NCBI GenBank assembly: GCA_000388065.2
Contig: KB932203.1
DNA from: Fonticula alba ATCC 38817
Taxonomy: Eukaryota > Protista > Nucleariida
DNA: 45,841 nt
Reading direction: 5' to 3' (one strand)
The notes below the pieces were generated by a model. That model was not told where the DNA came from. It did not search any database and worked only from the letters and a program-made list of their open reading frames with translations. The translations under genes and the position numbers were made by a program. Positions 34,510 to 45,841 of the stretch are shown here, in pieces; the stretch's first letter is position 1; every line of letters begins with the position of its first letter.

Positions 34510-34862
34510 CCTCCACACGGGGAAGACACACACGGAAAACGCGGGGGGGGGGGGAGGGGAATAGGCAGAAAGGAGGGACAGAAGAGGCGCGAGGGAGGGG
34601 GAGACTCATAGGGGGAGGGGCGCCGGCCCGACGCCGTGGACAGAAATGGGGCTTTTCTATTTTTCTATGTGGGGTTTTTTCGGGGGGGGGGGGGGGGGAG
34701 GCAGGGCGGGCAGGAGGAGAGACGGAGGCGTATGCGCGGCCAAGATCGACCGGCCATTCTCACGCCAGATGCCGACGGACGGGGCCTAGCAGCCGGGTGG
34801 CGCTACGGCCCGCACGCGCGGGCGATCGCGTCCCCGCCAGCAGCCGGGACACGGACCGCGGA

Positions 34863-35457
34863 TCAAACCGGCTCGGTGGCCGCCGACTCCGCTCCCACCG
34901 GCGGGGCGACAGCGGGCGGGTGCACGGCCTCGGCCTCGGCCTCGCCAGCGGCCTTCTTCAGGAGCTGCTCCTGTTCCTGGAGCGACGCCTCCAGGGCCCC
35001 GGCATAGCGCTCCGGGCTGACGCACCAGGGGTTGAAGGGGAACTTCTGGACAATCGGCCCCCGCTGATGGTTGGATGGCTTGGCAATGGCCAGGAAGCCC
35101 TCGCTCTCGGGCTGCGGCGGAGGAAAAAAAAAAGTCAGCCAGGGCGACCCAGCCAAGAGCAACATGCCATCGCATCGGGCGGGGAAACAGAGACAGACCC
35201 ATGCAGGGCACACGCACAGCGGTGGACACGAGGCTCGGATTGGTGGCCAGGTTGCGGTTGAGCTCGATCAGCTGCGCCCCCGACAGGCCGAGGTTGATGG
35301 AGGAGGTGATCGGCTCGGTGGGGGCGCCCTCGGCGCTGGCGGCCGGCCGAGCCTCGAAGGTGGCCAGCGTCGAGCGCGCGTGGATCTTTTGCCCCCGGGG
35401 CGGGCCGCCTGACAGACCGAGGGCCAGGCGAACAGCATCGGGCCCGCGCGCGCCCCG

Positions 35458-35498
<41 letters not shown>

Positions 35499-35944
35499 AC
35501 CGGGCAGGTCCGGCGGTCGGGCGGCCAGGATGATACAGCGGACAAGGGGGGAGGGGTGAGAAAAGACAGCAGGATCGCCGGTGGCTGCCTTGCCAGGCGG
35601 GCGAGGATGCCCCAACGGGCTCACGCACGGGGACGCCCCTTGCAGGCGCGCTTGTCGATGGACTGGCAAATGTTCGCCGGGAAGGACACTTTGGTGACAG
35701 TTTGCCCGGTCCGCAGGACCGAGTGCCCGGGGGCCAGGCCGAGGATCAGCAGCCCATTCACATGGTGGAAGACCGCCCCGTGCGACTGGTCGGTCTTGAA
35801 CCGGTCGTCGATGTAGTACGACTTGCCGTACCGCGCCAGGAAGGGCTGGTACTCGGCCTCGAATTCGGCCACCTCCGCGTCGCTGGTTGGCGCCTCGCTG
35901 GCCAGGGCCACGGTCCGGCGGAGGGACTGAAGGTCCTCGCTCAT
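34863..35944 (-). CDS. ABITRAM: Abitram (FAM206A/Simiate) homologue; exons 35944-35629, 35408-35218, 35111-34863
   Basis: HVNGLLILGLAPGHSVL~HSNRICVITLAESHPVL, GAQLIELNRNLATNPSLV~GRLMEVNENILHKPSIL, PESEGFLAIAKP~PSTEGYIAVVLP. Introns preserve frame. Confidence 0.88.
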
Positions 35945-37197
35945 GGTCGGGAGTTGGGGGGGGGGGACGAAAAAAGGAGGGAGCAAGCGCCAATGGGTGG
36001 GCGGGGCAGGAGGGGAGGGGGAAGGGAGGAAAGACGGGGAAGGAGATGCCTTGCGACGGCACCCCTCTGTGTCATCGGCCGCCCCGGGCCCCGAAAAAAT
36101 GGGGACCCGTACGAGGCCTTCCTTCCCCGACCTGGGAGGCCCCTCGCCGAGGGTACGGAGGGCGGGAATGGCGAGCGGCGGCCACCACCACCACCACCAC
36201 CATGCCTGGCCCCGCCCCGTCCCCCCCCTGAAAAGAGCACGCGCTGTGCCGCCTCCCGCCCAACCGCGCGGGGAGAAGGGAACAAGGACCATGTATTGGG
36301 TGAGAGCATTGGCAGTTGGGTATGATACAGGGGGAACCAGGGCACGGCGTGCCGGCCGTCCGGTCCCCGGGGAGGGAAGATGGCAGGATGTGTCTCGATT
36401 GTGTGTGTGTGTGTGTGCGCGAAACACACCCGCCCGAGAGGGATGCTCGTCGGGAGGGGAGAGGGCATGCTCTTCTTGCGCTCGCGCCCGGGTGCATGCA
36501 CACAGGCTGGCCCGCTCTCTCGCGCTCGCCCACGCACACGCGCTCTGACAGTCTCCCTGGCTCTCTCCCTCTCTCTCTCGCTCCCACTGTTTCGGGGTTG
36601 GAGGATGCTCTATGGGTGCTTCTCGGAAGGAGGAGGAGGAGGAAGACGAGGGAATATAGGGAGGGAGGTGAAGGGGATGCCCCGCGACATCTGCGCGCGC
36701 GAGTGCGGGCCAGGGCCGCGGAGCTGGCCCCTTTGTTGCTGTGAAGGAGGAAGGACGGGGAGAGGCGGTGCGTGGCGCGCACGAGAGCGCAAGGCGAGGC
36801 CAAGAGGAGGGATTGGGGGAGGACGCGGGTGCGCCCATCTAAAAAGTCCTGATACGATGTCCGGCTCCGCCCCCCAGGGGGGAATTCACCAAAGGGGGAA
36901 GAGGGAGCGAGCGAGCGAGCACACACCTGCGCGGGTCTCTTCGGGAAGCGGGTGGTTGTGTGTCCGAGGCGGGCGGGGCGACGCCATGGTCGCCATCATG
37001 GCCCGCCACATCGCTGTCCGCCTACCGCTCTCATGCCCTCCAGAGAGGCCGAAACGAGCTCCTGCTTACTTGCGCGGGGGGTGGAAGGCACCCGGTGGGT
37101 ATGGCACAACAGCAGCAGGAGGAGGAGGAGGAGGGAGAGAGCGGCTCCCGGCCTCTCGCCCGGAGGCCAGGAAGGAGGAACCCCCCGCGGAGGGCCG

Positions 37198-40100
37198 TCA
37201 ATCCGAGTGGAAGATCTCGCTCTCAAAGCCGAAGAAGGGATCATTCTCGTCCATCTGCATGCGGCTGAGGGTGCGCTCGCTCATGACCCGGCGGATGAAG
37301 TCATCGCCACCGGCCGACCGGTGGCCGTGCTGCTGGGCCTGCTGGGCCTGTTGGGCTTGCGCCTGCGCCGACATGTGGTGATGATGGTGGTGTGGCTGGC
37401 CGCCGGAGCCCGGGGGGCCGCCCCCAGGCCGGCCGGCGCCGGGGCCACTGCCCGACGGGACGCCACCGGGTCCGCCCCCGGCGCCGGTGCTCACAACCGG
37501 CGCCGGGCCCGGGGGCCGGCCGGCGGCCACGGCCGCCGGATGCGGAGCCACCAGCGTCCCGGCCAGGACGTCCTCCGGCACACGCGGCACAATCGGCGGC
37601 TGCATATGCCGCAGGAGGGCGAACTTGACCCCGAAGAACCACGGGTCACGCTTGACCTCCGCCGCGCCGGCCTCGCTGCCCAGGCGCCGGCGCTCCTCCC
37701 GGCAGAGCAACCGCCGGATGAAGGACTTGCATGTTTGCGAGATCGGGTCCCCGTCCCACCGGGCATGGGGAATGAGCTGGACACCGGCCGGGTGGGCGCC
37801 AGGACTGGCGGCCGCCACGGCGGCCAATCCCGTCGCCCCGGCCGCCGCATTGGCCTGTGCCGTCAGGTCATCCGGGAAGAGCAGCGGCGCGGTCAGGATA
37901 TTGGAGAAGGTGGCCCGCCGGTCCGGCCCCTTGAAGGGGGTCCGGCCGTAAATCATCTCATAAACGAGAATGCCCAGGGTCCACCAGTCCACCGGGACCG
38001 CATGCCCCCGGGAGAGGATCAGCTCCGGCGCGATGTACTCCTCGGTGCCGACGAAGGAGTGCGTCCGGAAGGAGTCCACCACGGCCTGGGTCGAGACGTC
38101 GGACACGCGCTACGCACGGCAGCATCGAGGTCATGTGTGTGTGTGTGTGTGTGTGCGGGGGGGGGGGGAGAAGGAGGAAAAGAAGGAGAGATGAGAGACG
38201 AGAAAAGGGAGAGAAGTGAGAGAAGTAAGAGGCGAGAGAAGGTGGAACATCAAGGGGTCAGACAATGCAGAAGGCAGGCGAAGGAGAAGAGCGGAGGAAA
38301 AGGGCGAAAAAAAAAGGAGGACCAAGATCGAGCAGCGAGGGGGGGGGCAAAGGGAAAATCCAAGCATGTACCTGCATGACACCGCTGCGCACGACCGATA
38401 CACCGCCCCCGCCGCTGGCCTTCTTGCTCAGGTCGAAATCCGCCAGCATGATGTGCCCGGAGGAGTGGAGGAGCAGATTCTCCGGCTTCAGGTCTCGGTA
38501 GACGAACCCCAGCATGTGGATGTACTCCAGTGCCAGGACCACCTCGGCCGTGTAGAACCGCGCGGCCATCTCGCTGATCCGGCGCCCGGGCTGGCGCTGC
38601 AGTGTCCGGAAGAACTCCCCGCCCGCGCAGTACTCCATCACAAAGTAGATGTACTCCTTGCTTTGGAAGCAGTGGTACAGCGGCACAATGAACGGGTGGT
38701 TGGCCGACCGGAGGATATCCCGCTCTGTCAAGACGCGGTTAATCTGGGCAGCGGACACAGGGGCGCGAAACAAGCGATGGGATCCGAGGGCAGATAAGAG
38801 AAGGAAGGGGAAAGAGAGAAAAGGNNNNNNNNNNNNNNNNNNNNNNNNNNNNNNNNNNNNNNNNNNNNNNNNNNNNNNNNNNNNNNNNNNNNNNNNNNNN
38901 NNNNNNNNNNNNNNNNNNNNNNNNNNNNNNNNNNNNNNNNNNNNNNNNNNNNNNNNNNNNNNNNNNNNNNNNNNNNNNNNNNNNNNNNNNNNNNNNNNNN
39001 NNNNNNNNNNNNNNNNNNNNNNNNNNNNNNNNNNNNNNNNNNNNNNNNNNNNNNNNNNNNNNNNNNNNNNNNNNNNNNNNNNNNNNNNNNNNNNNNNNNN
39101 NNNNNNNNNNNNNNNNNNNNNNNNNNNNNNNNNNNNNNNNNNNNNNNNNNNNNNNNNNNNNNNNNNNNNNNNNNNNNNNNNNNNAAAAGAGAGAAAAGGC
39201 AAAAGAGAGAAAAGGCAAAAGAGAGACTTGTCAGAGACACGGCCAAACAGCAAACACAGGAAAGGACCAAGAGGCAGAGAGGGAGGAAAGAACGCACACG
39301 ACCACGGCGCAGCATGTCCCGCTTTTCCAGGACCTTCATGGCGAAGAAGCGCCGCGTGCCGGTCCGCTGGACCAGGAACACCCGGCCCACATCGCCCTTG
39401 CCCAGCAGCCGGATGATGCTGAAGTCCTCCAGCCCGGTGGTCTTCGGCCCGGTCAGGGCCGGCGAGCTGACCACACGGGTGAGCGAGGTGCTCCCGGGCA
39501 CGGGGCCGCCCACCGGGCCGGAGCCCGGCGCCCCGCCGGCCCCGCTCCCGGCGATGTCCAAGTTCGACGCGGCCGACGGCATGGTAGGCTGGCGCCCGCT
39601 GGCCGCCGCCGCCGGAGCCGCCGGCCGCGACCGCGGCAAGTACACATGCTCATACGACCGCTGGAATTGCTGCCGGTCGATGGCCGCCGAGCTGTGGGAC
39701 CCGGTGCCGAACCAGCCGCCCGGCGGCTGGATCAGCCGCGAGGACCCACCACCCGACGAGGAAGATCCAGCCCCAGTCCCAGGTCCAGGGCCAGCCCCGG
39801 GCGACATGCCACCCGCCGGCCCGGCGCTGCTGCCGCCGCCGCCGCCGCCCCCGCCACCGCCCAGGGTCGACAGCGAGAGCATGGTCTTGGCGTGGGAAAT
39901 GCCGCTGCCCAGGCGCGACATCGACCCGGACCCGGAGAAGAAGCCCTCCGGCGAGTCGCGCGCCGCATTGGCCGCCGTCTGCTCGGCCCCCTCCAGCGGC
40001 GAGGAGGCCGACCCCGGGGGGCCCACGGACGACGGGAAGTGGTGAGCCTGCGAAGCGGACACCGAGCGCTGGTGACGGCCACCGCCGCCGCCGCCGCCGC

Positions 40101-42734
40101 CGGCACCCGCCGCCGGCACCTGCAGATGCGGCGCATGCCCATGATGATGATGAGGATGGTGCCCGGCAGCCCCTCCACCGGTCGCCGGCCCGCCGGTCGC
40201 CGGGGAGGAGGGCGTCGAGGACACCGAGATCGAGGAAAACCCCAGTCCCGCCGCCAGCGAGGCAAGCAGGTCCGAGCTCGAGGCGCTCGGCATCGGCGAC
40301 CCATCCGAATAGGTCAATGTGTTGGTGGAATTCGACCGACCCGACCGGGGGAACTGCCCGCCGCCCAGGTGCTCCGGGCCGCCGGCTGCCCCGGCGGCCA
40401 GCCGCCCGGCATTCGGCGAACCATGCGCACTCGGCCCGGCCGACAGCGATGTGATCCCGGGCGATCCGGCGCCACTGCCGGGGGCCGTGGGATTCGGCGA
40501 CCCGGTCACGCTCGACGCCGCACTCTGGCTGCCATACGGCTTGTGCGCATGGCCGCCAGACCCCGATCCGGAGGAGGCGGCGGCGGCGGCGGCGTTGGCC
40601 CCGGCCGTGCTGCTGGAGCTGCCCGACGAGTGGAAATACCGCATGAAGGAGCTGAACGAGGAATTCAACAAGGAGGACGGCGAGGAAGTCGACCCGCCGG
40701 TTTGCGGCGGCGGCGAGTACGAAATCGAGGTGATGGCATTGGCATTGCCCCGCGCGTGCAGAGCCCCGCCCTCCGGCGAGGACATTGTCACCACCGACTG
40801 GTGCAGTGGCGAGGTCGTCGACCCGTGAGAGAAATGCCGGCCGCTGGTGCCCACGCCGCCGCTGCCGGATTGCTGCGGCTGCGGCTGCGGCTGCGACCCC
40901 GGGGGGTGGTAGATGCCCGCCAGCTTGGGCGGGGCTTCCGGCTGCTGGGCAGGCGGCTCGGCCGCCGATGCCTGGCCGGCCGCCGTCTGAACCGAGGGAC
41001 CGGATGCCTGGGCCGGGGCACTGGCCTCGGCCGTCAAGAATGACCGGACCACGGTGGCCGTTGGCGCCAGCACCGGCGCCGACACCGGCGACCCGGGGCC
41101 CAAATACGGCGAGCCGCCCGTGCGTGGCTGCTGCGATGCCTGCTGCGATGCCTGCTGCGATGCCTGCTGCGATGCCTGGGAAGAGGGATGCTCGGGCGCC
41201 GGGCCCGACGGCACTGTCCCCGCCAGGGGAGGAGTCGCCACCGCAGCACCATGGGCCTTGTCGCCGGAGGGCGAAATGCCCCCGGCTCCGGGTGCCCGCG
41301 CCGGCACCAAAGCACCACCCTCCGCGCCGACGACCGGATCCGGCGACGCATGGACCGGCGGCGAGGCGGCCGCCTCGGCTGCATGGGGTCGACTCCCGGA
41401 CTCGGCATCGCCGCCGGCGAAGGCGCCGCCCCCACTGCCGGCCGTGGTGGCAAGGCGCCGGGCCGCCGCCGCAGCCGCCGCCGCGCGCATCTCCGCCGCC
41501 GCCGCGCGCATCTCCGCCGCCGCCGCGCGCAACTGGCGGATGGCCCCCTCGCGGGTGTCATCCACCGCCCGCTGGAGGGCGCGCTTGGGACGGGCGGTTT
41601 GAGCCCGCACCGGGCCACCCCCGGCCGACAGCCCGAGGATGGCCGCCGCCGCGGTCGATGCCGGCCGGATGCTGCTCGTACGAGGGAAGTGCACCGACCC
41701 GGTCACCGGCACCGGCACCCCGGTCCCCGGGTGGAAGTCCGGCACCGACACCGCCCGGTGCATGGTGCTCTTCGGGCAGCCCCAGCTCCCGGAGTCGAAC
41801 AGCGCCTCGGCCACATACCGCCGCAAGGGGGCATTGCCCCCGCGCGGAAGCTCCGACATGGCCCGGATCCACCAGCGCCCCTGGCGCACCGCATGCCGGG
41901 CCACCCGCGCGCGTTCCTGGGTCACGGCCTCCTCGGCCGCGGCCAGCTTCTCATCCGGCGCCGGGGGCGGCGGTGGGGGCGGCTGGAAGGTGGTCGACCC
42001 GTCGCTGGCGAGCCCGCCGGCAATGGCAGCCTCCTCGGCCTCCTGCTGGCCCTCGGCCATGCCGGCCCGGTCTCCCCCCACGTCGAAGGGGTGGTCACTT
42101 TGCGAATCGGCCGCATGGTCATACCCATCATCATCGTCCCCGATGAAGAAGGTGCTCGAAGCGGCCGGCCCAGCAGGCCCCGGCACCGGGGACACCGCCG
42201 TCGACAGCAGGCCGGCCGGCGTGTGCGGCCCGCCGGGCGACTGGCCGGCCGCCGACACCGGGCCCAACGCCGCACGCAGGTCCACCATGGCCCCGGCGGG
42301 CAACGGCGAGATCTGCCCCTCGGAATGGTGCGACCGCCGCCGGTGCAGCGGCAAATGCCCGTCCACCATCAGCGACAGGTCGAAGCCCACGTCAATCGGC
42401 CCGGGCGGCGGCCGCAACCCCGAGGAAGTCCCATCATCGGATCCCACATCGATGTCGCCATCATCATCATCCCCATCGTCCCCATCGCTCGGGCCCTCGG
42501 CCAGGGTGTCATCCAGCCGGCCGCTGTGGGGATCGTGGTGGAAGGCACCGCCAGCGGCCCCGCGATCCGGGGCCACCTCCGACGCGCCTCCCCCCGAGGA
42601 GGGCAGGCTGGCCGCGGTGGCCGCCGCCAGAAGGTCGGCCTGCGAGGGGGGCCGTGCGAGGGCCGCGTCCGCGCGTCCGGCCGGAGGGATGCCAGCTGTG
42701 GCGCCAAGTGTGCGTGTGTGCGTGCGTGCGTGTG

Positions 42735-42811
<77 letters not shown>

Positions 42812-44391
42812 GGGGGCGGGAGGAGGAAAAAGAAGGGTTAGCCCAAAAACGCATGCACGCAGCAAGATGCACGTCGCATGTGGAATGGAAGGGCAAGAGG
42901 AGGGGTACGCACCAACGGCCACGCTGCCATTGGCCAAGGGTGATGTGGTCGAGGTCGGAGAGAGGACCGAGTCCGAGTCGTCCAGGGCCTCGATGTCGAC
43001 GTCACTGCCGAAGCTGGCATTGCTTGGGCGATTGTGTGTCCTGGGGGGGGGGAGCCCCGGCGACGGACGGGCAGGTGGCACCGGAGGAGGCGCGACGAGC
43101 AGGAAACGGTCGGATCAGCACGCGAGCAGACACAAGTGCCCGAGGAGGGGCGCAAAAAAAGGGGGGGAAAAAAAGAAGGCGGCCCAGCCCACCCGCCGGA
43201 GCATGTGCGACAAAAAGCCCGGACAACGCACCCGGGGGACTGCATCAAGTGGTGATAATGCGCATGAGCCGGCCGCTGCCGCTGGCCCGAGAAGTGTTGT
43301 TGCTGCTGCTGCTGCTGCTGGAGATGCTGCATGTGCGAATGGTGCTGCTGGAGGTGCATCGCATGTGGCCGATGGCGACCACGCGCGCCGGTCGAGTCGG
43401 TGTCCAGCATGAGGGCCGGGCCGCCGGCGCCGCCGCCCCCGGGCCCACCAGCAGCGGGGCCCATCGCCAATGACCCCATGGCCGAGGAGAGGGACGACAC
43501 GCGCATGAGCCCATGCCCGGCGCCGGGCCCGCCGGGCCCACCGCGCCCCGGGAGATCCAGGCCGCCGGCATCCTCGAGCACGCCCCCATGGTCGGACAGG
43601 GGCACCCCGGAGCCGGGATCTACCCCGACGATGCCGCGGCCCCGGGCCCCGTCGTCATGCTCATCGTCATCATCATCATCATCGTCGGTGATGATGTCGT
43701 CGTCGTCCTGGGCCCGGGAGCTGGCGCCCAGGCCGCGTGCCGGGTCATACCGCCGGCCATCGGGCCCGGCGACCGATCCGGCCCCGGCCGACCGCATGGC
43801 CATCTGGCTGTGCAGCGACCGGAGGGCCTTCGGGTCCGACTGGAAGAACCCGCTGGCAGATGCCCCGCCATATGCGGCCACGAGATCCGAGGAGCTGTGC
43901 GTGCGCCCGGAGCCCCCGGCCGCCAGGCCGAGCGAGCTGAGCGACGTCGATGAGGCCGACGTGCTGCCGGGGCCACGGCCCGCATGGAAGCCGCCGCCGC
44001 CGCCGCCGCCGGTGCCGGCCAGATGCTGGCTCGACCCGCCCGACGGGGCCAGCGAATGGTGCGAGGAGTGGGCGTGACGCTGGCCNNNNNNNNNNCCGCC
44101 GCCGCCGCCGCCGCCGGTGCCGGCCAGATGCTGGCTCGACCCGCCCGACGGGGCCAGCGAATGGTGCGAGGAGTGGGCGTGACGCTGGCCGGGCGGCGAG
44201 TACCGCGCCGTCACCGCATCAGAGGGCGGGATCCCGCCCGCGGCCGAGGAGGATGCCCCGACCGCGCCGGATGCCGGGCCACTGCCACTGCCACCACCCG
44301 GCGCCGGGGCACGGCCGTACGAAAGGGAGTCATCGCTGTCGCTGTCATCCCCGATGAAGAGCCGCACGCCGCCGGGGGTGGAGGACTGCAT
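37198..44391 (-). CDS. AGC Ser/Thr kinase of the Fpk1/Kin82/Nrc-2 group (related to plant AGCVIII), about 1,950-1,990 aa; exons 44391-43232, 43040-42913, 42695-39298, 38743-38372, 38109-37198
   Basis: [22 protein letters not shown], diagnostic DFD instead of [25 protein letters not shown]-terminal DPF. Exon lengths sum to 5,970 nt. The start ATG follows a probable 5'-UTR intron. Confidence 0.9.
42708..42810 (+). repeat. (GCGT)n tetranucleotide microsatellite in kinase intron 2
   Basis: About 25 units read directly. Confidence 0.95.
43991..44190 (+). other. Identical 95-bp copies flanking a 10-N gap; probable unmerged contig overlap
   Basis: 43991-44085 equals 44096-44190. Confidence 0.75.
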
Positions 44392-45841
44392 GGCCACCTG
44401 CGGGGGGGGGGGGGGTAGAGGAGGGGCGAGGAGGGAAGGAGAGTGCCCGTGAACGCGATCTGAGCACAGAGCAGAGGCCTGCCCCCCGGGGGGGGGGGGG
44501 GGGGGGGGGGCCGCCGTGGGGAGGAGCAAGGCAAGGAGACGGGCGGGAGGGCCAGGAGTAACTGACGTAAGCACCAAGACCGCGATGAGAGGGAGGGAGG
44601 CGGAGAGGCAGCCGTTTGAGAGGCCGCCCATCCGAGCTCCAGGGGGGATTGGGAACGGGAGGCGAGGCGCAAGCGAGCGAGCGAGAGGGGGGAGGGGGGA
44701 TGACGTACAACTGCCGCGACGGGGGAGGGGAGGGGGGAAGCTGGAAGGGGAACGGCAAGAGGGGGCAAAGAAAGGAGGAGGGAGGAGGTCGGTGTGTGCG
44801 TGTGTGTGCGCGTGCGCGCGTGCGTGTGCGTGTGCGTGTGAATGAAAGAAGCCAGCCCTCAGGGGAGAGTAGGGGGATGCCCGGCCCCCAGGCGGAGGAG
44901 GGCTCACAGGATGGGGGCCGAAAAAAAAAAAAGACTCTCCAGGCCCGCAAAAGGCAGGTGGCAAGGCCGGCGCCCCGCCCGGCCAGCGCCTCGCACTAGT
45001 GCCCCCTCCTCAGCAGAACAGATACACACACACACACACACACACACACGCACGTACGCACTCATAGACGGACACAGATGCTCTTCTCCATCCTCCCTCC
45101 CGGCCTGGGCCCGAGGGGGCGGCGCGGAGAGGAGGCCCGGTCGCCACCGCGCCAGAGAGCCCGGAGAAGCGAGGGCCGCCGGCTGCCCCGGCTATCCCGG
45201 GCCGTCGGGCGCCGGCCCGGCCTTCGGGGGCCAGACCCCGTCCCGCGCCCCGGGCCGGCCGGCGCTTCTCTGCGGTCCGACCCGCGGCAGGCCCCACTGC
45301 CGACCGGCCGCCAACGCCCGGCGCCGCGAGGGGGCGTGCGCGCGTGACGCCCCCCCTCTGTCGCCCCTCGCGCGCCCCTCTCCCGGGGCCTTGTCGCCGG
45401 CCGGCGGGGGCTCGCTCTCTCGCCCTTTTTCCGCCGGTTCTCCCGGAGCGGGGTGCCCCACCAGCCGGGGGCCCGCCCGCGGCACCCTGCAGGTCGGGCG
45501 CGTCCTCATCTCCCCCCTCACATCGCGCGCCGTGGATGAGAAGAACCCGGCGCATGTTCCCGGGAACGTGCTCCGCCCTGCGCGCAGCCCGCCCCTCGTC
45601 CCCCCCCCCCCCGCGGCAGCGCAGCCGGCGTAAGCCCGGGCGGCCCACAGGCGCCCAGGGGGACTGACCGTTTATTTGGCCCGGGCCCGGCGGCCACCCT
45701 TCAGCCAAGCCGGGGCTCCCCCCCCCCGGCCCGGGTCCTGGGTCCCCGGGGCCCGCCCTAGGCTGGCCTGGGAACAGGCAAGCGAGCCAAAGACCAAAAA
45801 CGAGAGATAGGGAGACAGAGAGAGAGAGAGAGAGAGGGGGG

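Larger units (their letters stand above)
1442..44095. other. Assembly gaps at 1442-1986, 18309-18636, 19791-20654, 22108-22466, 27044-27271, 28298-28417, 30079-30918, 38825-39184, 44086-44095
   Basis: N runs, most bordered by repeats or homopolymers. Confidence 1.

Noticed and set aside
42708-42810. (GCGT)n as an array of GTGCGT decoy splice donors
   Set aside because: The motif is on the strand antisense to the kinase pre-mRNA.
43991-44190. Tandem duplication of a 31-aa His/Gly peptide in the kinase
   Set aside because: Identical copies either side of a 10-N gap are typical of an unmerged overlap.

Overview
Draft-assembly eukaryotic DNA: very GC-rich, nine N gaps, many G/C homopolymers, and spliceosomal introns with mostly GTGCGT/GTACGT/GTATGT donors, CTRAC-like branch points and YAG acceptors. 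The style and gene mix suggest a holomycotan amoeba such as Fonticula (inference, not provable here). Bases 1-13.6 kb are gene-poor: a repeat-built promoter-like block, a 24-bp minisatellite, faint non-LTR reverse-transcriptase relics and one intronless secreted aqualysin/proteinase K-type subtilase. Bases 13.6-45.8 kb hold two tRNA triplets (Trp/Gln/His and Val/Leu/Glu) bracketing a divergent NSF/Sec18 ATPase, then a probable full-length MTBP/Sld7 homologue, a CELF-like RRM protein, MUS81, Abitram and a very long Fpk1/Kin82/Nrc-2-type AGC kinase. Best leads: the MTBP-like gene, the NSF with a degenerate D2 nucleotide site, and two candidate structured Pol III ncRNAs lying head-to-head with tRNA genes. 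Most long ORFs in the supplied track are artefacts of high GC, antisense reading or N gaps. Reference motifs are quoted from memory and no searches were run.
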